A DNA stretch of 63,768 nucleotides, filler included, from Kipferlia bialata (lineage: Eukaryota): the NCBI GenBank assembly GCA_003568945.1. It is 5 parts of 4 records of this genome, joined end to end, with 100 filler letters (N's around TTAATTAATTAA, not from the genome) between each part and the next. Parts side by side here need not be neighbours in the genome. Positions count along the whole stretch, not along the records: positions 20,854 to 45,678 come from BDIP01000038.1; positions 45,779 to 59,391 come from BDIP01000038.1; 3 more parts are not named here. One strand, 5' to 3'. The position numbers were made by a program, and so were the translations under genes. A model generated the notes under the pieces. It worked only from the letters and a program-made list of their open reading frames with translations. It did no database searches and was not told the DNA's origin. Position 1 is the stretch's first letter, and each line of letters starts with the position of its first letter. Of the stretch, positions 37,001 to 51,750 are shown piece after piece.

Positions 37001-40000
37001 TGCCACCCTTGCAGGTAAGGGTATATGGAGGGCAAATATACTAATATAGGGGTACACGGGGTCTTGTACACGTATCCTCCCTCACAACCCAGGACAGTGA
37101 GAGAGTGCTAGTCCCCCTCCGGTACAGCAGACTACAGGACATTCCCCCTAGACCCTTCACATACGCTGGGGAGACATACCCCTTCAGTGCAGACACGGGT
37201 ATCAGTACGGGGGGACACTTGGGTATGGGACACTTAGAGTACAGAAATTTCTATGTTTTACATGTATTGTAAGAGAACTCACGTCTCACCCCTAGCCAAG
37301 CAGGGTGTGGGTGGGAGGGGCAGCAGGGAGAGGGCCAGACTGGGGGACTGGGTGGGGGCAGGTCTCAGTGCCTACCAGCATGCACCCGAGTATGGGGTGG
37401 AGACTGACCCTGACCAGAGGTGGAGGGTGGGGGTGAGGGGCCTGGCCAGTGTCAGGGAGGTGGTGGATAAGGGGTTGCTGACACTCCACAAGCACACCCT
37501 CCCTCCCTTGGTACTGCCTATTAGATCAGGCAACGTAGGGGAGAGGGATGTACATAGGAGTGAGGATAGAGCGGCCAGGAGGGCGAGGCGCAAGAGAGAG
37601 AGGGAGGAGTGGGAGAGCGCCAGGGCGGAGAGGAGAGAGAGGAGGGAGGAGAGGAGACGTGCTGCCCTGGAGAGTGAGGAGGGAGGGGAGGACGTGGCCA
37701 TGATATCCCAGTCACAGTCTCCCTCTCCCCCTCTCTCCCCTTCCCCGTCACCCTCACCCTCACCCTCCCCTTCCCCTGGTTCTCCCACATCCAAGAGTCC
37801 TTCACTCAAACAGGTAGAGACCTGGTACTACCCCTATCAATGGTTCCGTTGTATTCTACATTATTTGCCTCTAAGGCCCCTCTCACCCCCATGTGCTGTC
37901 TGCCAAGTATGCCGCACTCAAGGCAGCTGCAGCCACAGTCAACCTGGACGACAAGGTGTGTGTGGACACTACTATTCTAATTCCTCATATGCATCTGCCT
38001 ACTCTACATAGTGTATACCTCACTCCAGGTGTCCCTCACCGTCATGGCCCTTGAGACTGTACCCGATGGGTCTCTGGTGGTGTACAGTCTGTTTGATGTC
38101 GATGCAGATGGGGCAGCTGTGCTGGCAGGGGTGTCTGGGTCGGGGGAGCCCCTCAGACTAAGAGACGTGCTCAAGGTGGGGGGGGATCCATCATATATAT
38201 ATGTATGTGGTATCAGTATGTCTCTGTCTCTCCTGCTGACCTTACACCAGGTTGGTGTCCTCTATGTACAGGGCGCCATCCCCCTGCTGTCCATCAGGAC
38301 ATGCCTACCAGCAGACCCTAATAGGATACACGCACTCACACCGGCACCGGATGCAGGCACCCTTCTCACAGAGGTCAGTATGGACACACTTACGATGCCA
38401 ACCATTTCTTTGCATTCCATATCTCTCCCTAAACCCAGGTCCTGCCCTCCACCATCCTGGATATTGACCCTGACATCCTACTATCCTGGCAGCATCACTC
38501 AGAGGGACTGGGTGGGTGTATGTCTGAGAATAGGACTACTATACTGTGTTCTTCACTACCGTCGATTTCCCTCGTTGCCTCACCCCTAGGCCGTCTGTCC
38601 TCGTTGTGTTGGCAGCGAGGCCTAGACCTGCCACTCAAGCTGTCAAGGCTGAGGGAGCCTGTCCCGTGGAGACCGAGGGGACAGCAGAGGGAGCCTGATC
38701 TGGTATGTGTGGTGTAGTATACTAGATATGGTCTCTCTACCGGATCTTGATATACATTCATTCATCCAGTTACATCTTCTATGAATGACTCTCCCCAACC
38801 CCAGACCGTGACTGGTCGCATTGTGATGTCCTCCTGGCACGTGTGTAAGAGTGAGCTGAAGCTGATGCGATACAGCACAGAGGCAGTGCAGATGGAGGTA
38901 GGGGGAGATATATCCTCGCCCCTGGATATCCCACTATCATTGTGCATATTCATATGTGCCAGCCTATTTACATGTCTAACCCTCCAGGTCTTGGGTCGCT
39001 ACACCCCCGTTGTCAACAACCAACTGCTCTCTCTAGCACTGAAGACTGGACACGGCACACAGACAGGAGATGGGGAGGAGGAGGGAGAGAGTGATGGGCA
39101 GAGACCCCAGTTCAGACCCCTCCAGTCAACAGAGTTACTGACTAGCGCCTCTGAGGTCAGTACGGATACAGTAGCCCAATATTTACCATCCTCTTTTTGT
39201 GTACTTTCTCCCCCTTGACCTCCAGGGCGCCTCCTCCTCCTCCCCCATCTTCGGTGTCTCTCCCTGTGCCAGGGTCTCCGCCCTCAGTGCCGTCAGAAGG
39301 TGGGGAGCCCTGCAGTGTGTTGTATCAAACTTCCAGTCATGACAGTATTCCGATTATGTTTGTTCTACTCTCCATAATCATGTGAGTTGACTCCCTCTGG
39401 AAACTGACTCCAGGCTAGTTGACCTGACTTTGACAGACATCGAGGCCTTGGACGCATTTGACTTCATACCGAGGTACACAAGTGTTCGGAGTATGTGTCA
39501 CTTCTACATTGTACATCCCTCGATATCATCAGTTCACGTATTACCACTCATTATCAGGACAGCTGAGCTCTCCCGTGTGTTTGGAGTGGACTACCAGTCT
39601 GTGTACACAAGGTACGACTTGGTCCCACGATCATTGTTCTATGCCCCATACTGTTGTCCTAGAGTATATACCCAATTCGTCGTCTACACCGGATCCCCTG
39701 ACCCCTGAGGCAGTCTTTATAAACACTATATATACTATATACATACTTTATATATATATTTTTACATACTATGTATACCCCTGACCCCTTCAGAGGCAGT
39801 CAGTTCCGAGTGGAGTCCTTCCTCACCAGACTCAGCCTGCGCCACAACTACGCGATGCCAAGTCCAAGTCCACAGGAGGTGAGTAGTATACTCGGCGACT
39901 CCCATGATACCTGCATTAACCCCTAGGTGTCTGAGATGGATGCGCCAGAGTCCATCCCCCTAGTGTCAGAGCCCATGCTCGGTTATATATCAGACCCAGT

Positions 40001-41996
40001 GGCCGTGCTGGACTTCCAGTCTCTCTACCCCAGTGTCATGATCGCATACAACATGTGCTACACAACACTGATCGGGAAGCCACCTCAGGTACCTAATTAC
40101 CATATCATATGGTGTCTACACGACGATAACACCTCTTCTTCCAACCCCCAGGTCTCCCTGCCCACCCCCATCCAGCTCAGCTGTGTCAGATACAGACCAG
40201 ACGCAGAGGAACTGGCATCACTTAACCCTAGGTGGGGGTGTGTCTAGCGTAACCCTTGGTTTATGGTCGTTCTCGATGGCGTATCCTGTGGCATCTATTT
40301 TCATTTACCCTACTGACTTCAGCACTGACTTCTATACGGCTCCCAATGGGTGCATGTTTGTGAGACAGAAAGTGCGGCAGGGAATACTAGGTGACAACAC
40401 ATGTCTCCCGCTATCATATTGTCTTCGGTAGTTCCCTCCCAATCCTATCCGCCTGAGTGTCTATGTTATATATGTACCTCTCCCCCCTGACTGTAAGGCA
40501 CCATGCTGATGGAGATCCTGAACACCAGGGCCATGATCAAACCTGCCATGAACAAGATGGACAGGCGGAGCTACGCTAGGTGAGTGTGGTGTCAGTATGT
40601 GTGCAAGCGTATGGCAGTCTTGGCATCTTCCTGATTGTCAGGCGTGTACTGGATGCTAGACAGATGGCCTTAAAGATGGTTGCCAACACCTCCTTCGGTT
40701 ACACCCATGCATCGTTCAGTGGTAGGATGCCCAGTATCCTCATCGGAGATAGCATCGTGTCAACAAGGTGCGGTCGGGTTTGTGGTACCGTCATCGTATA
40801 CTTCCCTTAACATATTGCGTCATCTCTACCCCCAGTAGGCAGACCCTCGAGCGTGCCATCCGGTTTGTGGAGAGAGAGTATGCCCCAGCTGAGGTGGTCT
40901 ACAGTGACACCGACAGTCTGTTTGTCAGGTTCAAGGGGGACACAAGGTGCGTTGCTTAGTGTACTGATTGTGACTCTTCTGCTCACTTTCAGCGGTGCGT
41001 ACCAGTGTACTGATTGTCTCTTTATCTCTGACTCTCAGGGCAGAAGCGTTCAGAAAGGCTAGAGAGATCTGCCGCATAGTGACCGAGAGAAACCCCTTCC
41101 CAGTCATTCTCAAGGTGAGTCCATGCATTATATTTGTATTACTTACTTTCCTTGTGTCCATGACACTCGCTCATCTGCAGTTTGAGAAGATGTACCAGCC
41201 GTGTGTGATGGTGACCAAGAAGCACTACACAGGTATGGTGGGCATCTGTGTGAGAGTGTGATTTGTGGAGTTGTGTGGAGTGGATGTACACCCTCTCACT
41301 CCAGGCTGGATGTATGAGACGGAGACTGCCAAGCCGAGGCTGGAGGCCAAGGGCAATGAGATGATCAGGCGTGATGCCTGTGGACTCACAAGGAGGTGGG
41401 GCATGTTGGTGACACTTGGTCCGAGTATGGTTGTCACTCTCTGAATGGTGGTAGTTTCACGTGAATACATTTTCCATTAATGGAGTGATTTCTTGCTTGA
41501 TCCCATATACATATACATACATCCATCCCTCTGACCCAGGATCATGCGTGCCGTGGTCACTGCATTGTTCAGAACCAACGATCTGTCAAAGGCAAAGCAG
41601 GTATGGCAGCGTTGATGTGATTATTGGTGGAGGTGCTTCCATTAGTAACCATATTCTATGAATATTCTGACCCTCTCGTATTGATCGACTCTCACCCATA
41701 GGCACTCCAACGCCACCTCCACCTGGTCCGTACCAACCAGTCCCCCCTCTCCGACTATGTCTTTGCCAAGGCTGTGCGACTAGGAACATACAGGTTTGTA
41801 AATGTACTCCACATGTAGGTATGTGTATATTCATGTATGTACAGGTGTATCTATCACTGTACACCAATATACTGTATATCGCGGTTTCCCTGTCCTCACT
41901 GTGCAGGGGCCCCTCCTCCCTCCCCCCTGCTGCCCTGGTGGCACTCAGACTGGCAGGCCAGAACCCATTCATAGACCAGGTGCGGCACTCTCCTTA

Positions 41997-42036
<40 letters not shown>

Positions 42037-43824
42037 TCTGACCCAGGGTGCCAAGGCCCAGTCTGAGGAGGCAGAGAGAAAGGCAGCTGGAAGGGGAGAG
42101 AGGGTGGCCTTTGTGGTGTGTCAGAACAGTGCATCTGACACGGTCAAGGGGAGGCACGGCTTTAAAGAGTATATCACTCAATTACTGTGTCGTTCCAATT
42201 GCTATGTACTATTTCAGTATATGACCACTCACTGTCAAGTGTGGAACCCCCCACCTCCCTAGCCGAGGTTGTCAGTGGCAGTAGGGTACACATACCTGAT
42301 GCAAAGTACTACATCGACAGACAGGTGGGTGCTATTAGAGAGTACCCTTCCCTAACTTACTCCATCTCCCCCTCCCCCTCAGGTCCTCCCTGCCAATACC
42401 CTTGTCTCTCTCTCTCTTCTTTCTATCTCCCTATGATCTCTCACCCCCAGGTCCTGCCTGCCATTGATAGGGTGGTGTCCCTCTCCGGGGCAGACGTCAC
42501 TCTCTGGGCCAGGTATGGGTGTATGTTCCATTTACAGTGACTGTCTGCTCTATTTGTGATATTTAAGAGTGTCCTCTACGCTTTTGCTATTTTTCTATTG
42601 TCTCTCCTGGTATTCTTTACTGTAACTATACCCCTCCCACCCCCAGAGAGGGCCGGGGCAGAGGCAGAGGGGGAGGTGTCTCTGTCCCCATGCTGCACTC
42701 TGTGGCACAGGCATCAGACAGAGTGGTGCTAGACACGGCAGGTACACTCAGGGTCCCAGTACTGATCCATTTTCTTATATATGTATGGATAGACACCCTT
42801 CGTTAACTCAGGCCCCGTACCCCCTCTCCACTCCACCTCCCGTGGTTGGCAGAGTGGATACCCCTTCTTTGCTGCCAGACACAAGAACCAGTACCGACGC
42901 AGCATGTACACACTACTAAACACAGACCAGGTGGGTGGGACATTTCGAAGGCACTCGATTGCCTGACGTTCACTGCGTAGTGATTGTGTATATAGTACTA
43001 ACCCACAGAACATAGCCGGGAAGGCACAGCGGCAGAAGGGTGGGAAGGGATCCGACCATGCCAAGGATAAGGGGTCCAAGGGTGGCCGCCAGATATCGCT
43101 GCCAGGCAGTCTGAGACCGGGGGCCAGGTGCGTACCTTGTATCTATCTTACTATTTCTTTCTGTATGTGCTCCCCTCACCTCAGGTGTGGCTGTTGCGGT
43201 GTACCCACTCCACCGGCAGGTAAGGATTATAGTAGTAAATTGTATTGTATTATATCGTAAGTGAGTAAAGTGCATTCAGTCACGTTTTCACGTAGCTACA
43301 TGACAAACCCCAGGCGGTGAGCCAGTCACCCTGTGTGCATCGTGTAGGGCCATGCCCCATGCAGTGTATGCCACGGCATCACACAGGGTCAGCGCGGCAG
43401 AGAGAAGGTGAGACTGTGTCTTCATATCCCACAATCTATATTATCATTGCATGCTTTGGTACTACCAATCATTTCACCTCACATACTTGCTTAGTGTACA
43501 TAGTAGTTTTCTTGATGTGAGTTTTACTATTCATTCCACTGATCCTCAGCTACTACGGTCTGCGTAAGATCTGCCGGAGGTGTGGGGGGACCGACACAGA
43601 CGGAAGGGTCATATGCAGTCACGTGATGTGCCCAATATGGGGGAAGGTGAGATATGAGAGGCTTTCTTACACTTCTATGTCTCCCATATATGCTATATGT
43701 AAGCAATCCTCATTAACACCAGCTAGTGTCTGCGCGGGCCAGGCTTGAACAGGCCGAGGAGCTGATGGGGGTGCTGTCACATGTGGGGAGGGTGGTGTTT
43801 AACGCAAGAGAGGGCGCTGACTAG
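34033..43824 (+). CDS. REV3: DNA polymerase zeta catalytic subunit (family B), many exons; extreme N-terminus missing
   Basis: N-terminal [17 protein letters not shown] and [21 protein letters not shown]; long acidic insert; [108 protein letters not shown]; CysA (CGCC..CASC) and CysB (CRRC..CSHVMCP). Confidence 0.95.
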
Positions 43825-44732
43825 GCGACATATGTTCCAACCACCCCTTTCTTTGACCCCACATGTCGGATACTCGACACCTCTTGACAGCCAAGACTAT
43901 TGGTTGACCTCTGTAGTACTTCAGTCAATGAGGCATTAATGGAATTGCGGCCCATATCCCCACACTGCACCCTCTTCACACTGACCTCACACGCTATGCC
44001 TCTACGATGGGTATCGCTGTCAGAGACCTGAGGAGTAGGATACATGCACGGGATGTATGGGATCCCTATCTGGACCACACTGTTGGTTGTAACACCCCCA
44101 TGCGTCTCCACGACATATTGCATATTGCACAGTGACACTAGTCAGTCATACCGGTCAGGTCGTGATTGCTTCACATATCTAGCCTCGGGGTGTTGGGAAG
44201 GATTTCACCTGTATGATAGAGGCCGTAGGAATTGCCGCTCCCCGATGTTGCGGGTACTAAGTCTATTGTTATATCTGCAATAGCTGTGTCCTGAATTGAA
44301 TAGAGTATAGCGTGGTACCACAATGTGGCATATAGAACGTGTAATATGGGTCCTACCATATATTCCCAATTGCATATATATCCAGACCCAAGCTACTGTT
44401 CCAAAACAGAACACCTTTCATACGATACTAAGAGGACCCTGGGGCGTGCACCACCTGCTCTTGTGGGCACCTGACACATACCTAACAACCTGTACGTAGT
44501 GTGTCATCAGTATAGAGGTGGTGGGGTCCCGCCCTGCCACTCCTCATATGCAACATGTACCAATATAGACAGAGGTCTCTATCACTCCTCTATATTACCC
44601 TTACTCACGTCAGTGAAATAGTCTCTGGAATAAGTTTGACCCCTGAGAGCCTAGAGCATCACTAAGGAGCCGCTGGTGTGATAGAGTGAGTGAGTGGAGG
44701 AGAGTGAGAGAGAGAGACAGAGAGCAAGGCCC

Positions 44733-45442
44733 ATGCCTGTGGTTCCGGCCCCCCCTCTGACCCTCCTTGCAGGGTGTGCTCTCTTCCTATTGCTCGTGTG
44801 CACAGGGAGTGTCTGGGCCGACCCTCTCCTGTTCTGTGCCACCGACAGCACCACCCCCACCTATGCCGCTGTGGTGCATGAGTGGGGGGAGGACATAGCC
44901 ACACTGGTGGACACAGAGGTATGGTAATGGGCGGGGGGTTAGTTGGGATGTCAGTCAGTTGTCAGTCTCAGTGGAATCACCCGCTATCTGTGGCATATGT
45001 ATAGTGTACGATACATACATTTATATTCGTCTCTCATAAGAAGTGTCTGTTCTGGTATATCTGACCTTACCGGGTGACTCCACGTACTCCAGCCTATAGA
45101 CGTTTCTCATCGCCTTAAATCTTTCTCTACATCCTCCCGGATTGTTTCTATACATGGTTCCTCCCATACTTGTTTGGTATATTTGTCACACCATGTATAT
45201 AACTCTCTCAGTACCCCTCTCTCTGACCCAGTCCTTTGTCGTACTTGACCCTTCTGTGGGACCTTCCACCACTGTCACACACAAGCTGGCACTGACTCGG
45301 TTCAGGTGGGTCAGATATAGTATGTACAATAGTACTTACAATCTATATGTCTATGTAAGTGTTGTCCATGCATCTCCCTCTCCCTCACCCCAGCTCTTCT
45401 CAGACTGTTCTGGCCTATCTGCACTGTGGAGAGGACTGGGAG
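44733..45442 (+). CDS. 5' part of a probable secreted or membrane protein (signal peptide), truncated by contig end
   Basis: MPVVPAPPLTLLAGCALFLLLVCTGSVWA-DP.. followed by spliced exons at about 45231-45306 and 45393-45442. Confidence 0.5.
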
Positions 45443-45678
45443 GTATATTAAATTATGTAGAGAGTTACATATATATATATATACATGTATATGGGGAGTA
45501 TAATATTGTGAACAGATATGTGGGGAGGACTGGAAGGTAGGGTGCATTGTATACATATGTATTGGCATAGTGTAGTTCATAGCATAGTTCACTTTGTATA
45601 TTATATAAAGGAGTAGTTATCTGTCTGTACTCCCCCCCCCCCCCCCCCCCCCCCCCCCCCACCCCCCGCAGAGCGCGC

Positions 45679-45778
45679 NNNNNNNNNNNNNNNNNNNNNN
45701 NNNNNNNNNNNNNNNNNNNNNNTTAATTAATTAANNNNNNNNNNNNNNNNNNNNNNNNNNNNNNNNNNNNNNNNNNNN
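45679..45778. other. Artificial scaffold linker
   Basis: TTAATTAATTAA at 45723-45734 within Ns. Confidence 0.95.
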
Positions 45779-46099
45779 AGGTGTTTTTTTTTTTTTTTTT
45801 TTGCCCCCCCCCCCCCCCCTCCCCCTCTACTTCGATACATTTCCAGCGTCTCAGTGTCTTCTCTCTTGTATCTCACTTCGCACCTGCCTCCTCTTATATA
45901 TATAGATATATATATATCTACCGTATAGTGAGAGTCTCTAAGTGCCCCCCCCCCCCACACACACACACTAAGATTCTTTACTATATATCACACGTATAGA
46001 ATGAGTCTCTGTCCAAGTGTAGGGAGGGACCCCCCCCCCCCACACGTGTCTCTTGCATCTGTCATATCTCCCCCCTAAGTACCAATTCTCTTATCTCAG

Positions 46100-49000
46100 G
46101 GACTCCCTGCAAGAGACCTGCAGAGGAGATGGAGGAGAGAGAGGGTGGTGAGAGAGATAGTGAGGAGGGGCAGCTACCTTTGTCTGAGGACAAGCAGATT
46201 GATGAGACAGAGAGAGAGAGATTGGAGGATACGGGGGTTGGAGAGAGAGAGAGTATGCATGTCCTTGGAATTGGTGAGGGCACTCTTGGAGATGGAGAGG
46301 CTGTTGTGGAGGGAGAGGGAGATACATACACAGTTGAGACGTCCAAGACCTTGCTCCTTTCCGCCTTCCTTCAGTCCTGGCCCCCTGAAGATATACCAGG
46401 TACAATATGTATACTATGTATTACTATGTTTAGTGAGCAGTTTCATGTAGTTGTTAGAATTCAATATACATACCAAGCAACCATATTGGAGTGTTTCTCC
46501 TATGTGTGTTGCCTTTCAGTGTTAGTCTTCAACTGCATTATATCTCTCTCCCCCCTCCTCTTCTCTCCCCCTCCATTTTCCTTTGACCTATAGACGACCT
46601 CATCTGCTACACCGCTGACAGAGATGCGGTGGATGCATGGATCACCAAGAGACAGAGAGTGAAGGAGACAGAGAGACTGGTCGCCAAGAGTGGGGGCAGA
46701 GTAGGGGTGGAGCTTCTAGCACATGACTTTGACACCTTCATGGAGTTGTACGAGGAAGCACCAGATGAGTGGGAGTCTAACCTGGACAAGAGCACTGCTG
46801 AGCTCTACAGGGACATGGAGGTAAGGGTTCTTGGTAACACATTTCCTTATTGTGTTAGTCTTCGTGACTCTGGCATACTACTCTGCCTCACTTCTGTCCA
46901 CCCCAGATATATATAACGTGATGCCACTACTGTACAAATACATGCTCTATTCCAACTTCATTCTTCCGATGTAGCTTTCCAATGTGACTCGATAAATACC
47001 TTATATACATATGTATACATATGTGTATATATTCATGTATTCATGTGTATATAAAGAACAGTCATGTGGTTGTATTATATACTGATCCAGGCTCTGTACC
47101 AGCTCCCCGCCTCTGAGGCAGAGATAACTGTGAGAGAGAGGGTGCAGAAGTACCTAAAGATGGAGTTTGGGTCTGGTGTGAAGAGAGTGGAAAGTGTGGA
47201 GAGTGTCGGAGGAGGTCTCAGTGTGGACAGGTAAATAACTCTCTATATATATATATGGGTGTATATATTTTAGTATATATACCTAGCACTGAATAATACT
47301 AGATGCATGTGGAAATAATAATTGTATTTCGAATATAGATTCTATTTATACTAATGCCAGCGAGTGGCAACAGCTCAAGACTCAGCTCAACTTGGATGGG
47401 TTGGCCGATATCTCTGTGATGGTTGTACTCATCAAGTTCAGAGACTGGGACCCCAGGGCCAGTCTCACCAATGCTATGAGACTGACCCAGGAGGAGGTCA
47501 GGGAGGCATTGGCAGGTATGTATAGATACAGTATACAGCATATAGATACAGTATATATGTATAGGAAAGGATATGTGCTAAGTATATATGTAGATATACT
47601 TTACCCTGTATTTTATATACTTATAGAGTGGTGATAAAAGACTGAGCGGAGAGGAGGTCAGGGAGGCATTGACAGGTATATAAAGGAAAGGATACATATT
47701 GTTATGACTATATATGGTAATATGAGACTGATATATGAGGTCAGGGAGGCATTGTAACGTAAATGTTGGCTGCCAGCCATCTTCCCAATGTAATGTATCT
47801 ACTTGGACACTCTCACTCTTTAGGAAGCACACGCCACATGACCCCTGTTGAAAGAATCAATGCCAAGGTGTGTGGTACAATACACAATGCAGTGATGCAG
47901 TCATATGAGATGGTTGTGCTTACAGTGATACTGTGTCCGATGTACTCAGTTCTTCTTTTTATTCTCTACATATTCAATTTATTTAATTGAATTCAACACC
48001 TAGGTGGCTGAGAAGTGTGGGCTGGACACCTACCCAGACATGCAGCCCCGTGTTGGCGCAGAGCACCTGGTGACAGACTTCCAGTCTTTCATCAGTAGGG
48101 ATCTGAGTGATCAAGTGTGTGTTATCACCCCCAAGGAGTTCGCTATACTGTCCACAACCTCCCTTCTGATGGGTATGCAGGTGAGAAAGGCGTCACTATT
48201 CTAATAGAAGTCTACATATGTTCCCATATTGATGTTACTTGTCTAATACATAGGAAAGATACTCCCTGTCTGGGTCTGGCGCCCAAGATGCTGTCGCAAG
48301 TGTACTGGGTCTGATCAAGTCCTATATAGAGGGAAAGGAGGCTGGACGAGAGGACACGTCTGATACGGAGGGGCATGGTGAGGATTCATACGGTCACAAT
48401 GTGGCAGAAGACGAGATACTGTCTGACCCTGTGGCCGAGGCCGGGTCATGTGGCAGTGAGCAGCAGGAGGAGGAATCTGACTATGGACGTTCTATTGAAG
48501 AGGTAGCCCGGGATAGAGCGATGGCTGAGCTGATGGCGGCGTATGCGAGGACAGATAGAGGGTTTGCAGAGATCTTCATGGGTAGAGAAGATGGAGATGA
48601 AGGTGGTTTTGAGGTTGACGCTGATCAAGTGGAAGAGAGAGACGGAGCAAGGGGAAGTGATGGAATGGACCTGTTAACAGAGGCCACTCACATTTCGTCA
48701 GAGGTACGTATTCTTCCATTGTTCTCATACACAATGTGTCACCGTGACTGATTGGATGATATGATTACTGAAGTTGTTGATATTGCGACGTCTGTCTCTC
48801 TCTATATATATATGTGTGTGTGTGTGTCTGTGTGTGTGTGAAATAGAGAGAACTCAGTAGCACGTTCTAATTGTGTCCCTCACCCCAGGTGTATGGATAC
48901 CACTTCCCCACTCTTCCTGCCCTGATATCCCATGTCAATGACATTGTCACAGATGTGTCCGGGTTTGTGTGGGAGCCATCAGGTACATGCGCTTGTAGTA

Positions 49001-50461
49001 TGTGATTGGTTCACCCTATCATCAATATACACTGTCGTAGTGATACCTCAATCCCGACATTCTCTCTATTACTGTCTCTAACTCTCAGACTGCGGTGTAC
49101 TAAGTTGCATCCACCCTGGGTGTCACTGCTACATCCGCTACACAGTGGATACTGATGGGTTCTGTCTAGTCAGACCCACCAATACCCCCACCCACTCTCC
49201 CACACCTCTGGGTGGCCACTCCGCCGCCTGTCACGCTTGCGGTGAGTGCTTCAGACGAAGTGACTTTGTATACTACACCATGAAGACATCCACAGAAGCC
49301 GATAGAGTATTCTCCAACAGCGGGGCAGTAGTGTCCTGCCCATTACCAGATGGGAGGGTGTTTGCACTCTTCTTAACTCACTCTGTCCAGGAGTGTGGTA
49401 TAATCTCTGTCACAGACCTGGAGGCTGTGTCTAACGGGACACCCATCAACCAGCTACTGGTGTCTGAGAGTGTGTCTGTGCCTAAGGGTATGAGAAAAGA
49501 GGTCAGGTGCACATACGCAGCGGGGAGGGTGTTTGTCTATGGGTGCGAGGCAGAGGAGTCACCGGAGGTAAAGGCATCGCACATACACTGCTGGGAGATG
49601 TGGTGTGCTTACTATTCTGCTGTCTCTCTATATGTTTATATACCCGTGTCCTAACTCCAGGACAAGGCTATGGACGATGAACTTGACACAGTTTCCGCAC
49701 CCAGGTGATTCAGTCTCAAGTATTGTAGAACCACACATTGTTGTGTAATAACCCGAGTATCCTGCTTCATATACAGTATGAACTATACCTCTGTGACAGC
49801 TGATAGTCCTGCTTACTTGATATTGGGGTAGATATGTGGAATCAATTTCATTAATGACTACCTAGTTTGTCTGCTCACTGTAGGTATTCCGACATGTCTC
49901 CCAATCGGAACCGCCTGTGGGTATACGACATAGGTAGAGTGATTCAGTATTATGTGTCATTGAATGGCTAATTATACTCAGATCATACATTCACAATTAA
50001 AATTTACGACGTAAATTTTCGTGGGTTTGTGTGAATCTGGATTTGGAGATGTCTTACGTCATTCCAACTTGGAAGTTCCAAGTGGTCGTAATTTTGGAAT
50101 CCTATAGCTGCTAATATCTGACTCCAGGTCTGACTAGGTGGGAGGAACCTACACCCATGGTTGTGGACCAGAAGGAGAGTCTGTGGCCACCTGCATACTG
50201 TGATCGGCAGGTGGGCTTTCAAAAATATAGATAGAATAATTATAGAATACTTATCATTCTATATTTCTATACTCAATTATATACTTAAGGCATACTCACC
50301 AATTATTGTTGCATGATAAGTGAATACCCACAATACAGGTATATGCTTACACTACTATGTGTTGTAATACAAATTCAGTTGCTGGTTTGAACTCAACATA
50401 TTCATGCAGTAAATTCCCATTTTGCTATCATATTGACTATCTTACACAGATGGAATATAGC

Positions 50462-50505
<44 letters not shown>

Positions 50506-51750
50506 GTGTATTGTACATTCATCTGATCTGATAATAGACTAACACACAGCTCTCTCTTGTGCCCTACCAGGACAGAGTGTGGGTGATAGGCCAAGAGGCA
50601 GATGATTTCTATACGGGTGAAACTACCAAGGTACCAGTACCATAGTTGTCAGAATAATACAGAATAATACAGTCAGTATGGCATCATTTAGGTGAATATT
50701 GTCAGTATATTCACAGTGACATTAGCTGCTAGGTTTGGTTTGGTTGGGTCCCTTGATCCCGCCATATAACAGTGAATCAGTCTATCAGTACATCTCCATA
50801 TCAGAATATGTATTTCTGGTATCACACTGACTCCAGATCTGGTCACTTGATCCAGACACATACCAGTGGAGAGAGGAGAAAGACGTGGTGCCACCCAACT
50901 TCCGATGCCAAACGGTGAGTATAAGTATTTGTCTTGGTAATACGAATCCCACCAGAATCATGGTGGGCTATTCACATCACTGTTGAACCTTCCATTGTGC
51001 ATCATACTCACTGCACAGGTGTGTGTCAGCAATGACACCCTCCACATATGGGGCAAGGTGGAGAGAAAGAATGACGTGTCCGACACCGTGGAAGAGCAAG
51101 AGGTTAGTTAGTTTTATGTATTAGTGGTTGGATTATTGACTGATAATTCATCTATATACCTAATGATAGGTTACATACCTAACGTACTCGCCCGTCTCCG
51201 GTCTTGTTAGACACGACAATACTGGCCCCTTTGGATGGTTTGGCCCTTCTAGGATGATAGCTGTAGGAGAGTACCTGGTCGGGAGTCATGAACTCGATCA
51301 CTTCAGGGGTAAGTGAGGGCTGGGTTGTCATGTAAACTTTCACTTGATATGTCAATTATGAGTATTTGCATTTCCCACTTCATTGAGTGAGTCATGGTGC
51401 AGTTGATTCCTGATTCCGCCGTTCTCTAACACTGCTCACTATATATCTTCCTCATGCCACAATATACACTCTCACCTTTAGACTCACCCGATGGCCCCTC
51501 TGTCTTTGACACCGTACAGGGTGTCTGGGTACAAGATATGGTGCTACGTCGCGACCCCTACTTATGCCCGAGACCAATCTTGTACGTAATATGGTATAAT
51601 TACAGATTCGAGCTCCAACTCCCATGGTCCTCTTCTCACCCTTCAGCAACATCAACCCTCTTGGCCACCTATATATCCTGGAGGATAGCGATAGGATTGT
51701 CAGGCTGAACCCCAGTCTGTGCTACCCTGGGAGAGAGGGTGGACCATATA
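46100..51750 (+). CDS. Large multi-exon hypothetical protein: acidic/helical region, possible WRKY/MuDR-like zinc domain, C-terminal kelch-like propeller
   Basis: Spliced exons appear to read continuously. CIHPGCHCYIRY..PTH; kelch-like YAAGRVFVYG, LWVYD, SVFDTVQGVW; tail RLNPSLCYPG resembles other family members. Confidence 0.5.

Noticed and set aside
35600..37810. Antisense ORFs overlapping the REV3 acidic insert
   Set aside because: Expected by-product of low-complexity E/G/S/P-rich coding sequence.
42154..42239. Possible GC-AG intron in REV3
   Set aside because: A GT donor (gtatat) about 15 nt downstream gives the same phase, so GC is not required; unresolved without cDNA.
43850..44640. 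Possible small minus-strand gene or kelch remnant after REV3
   Set aside because: Frames contain stops and no recognisable domain.
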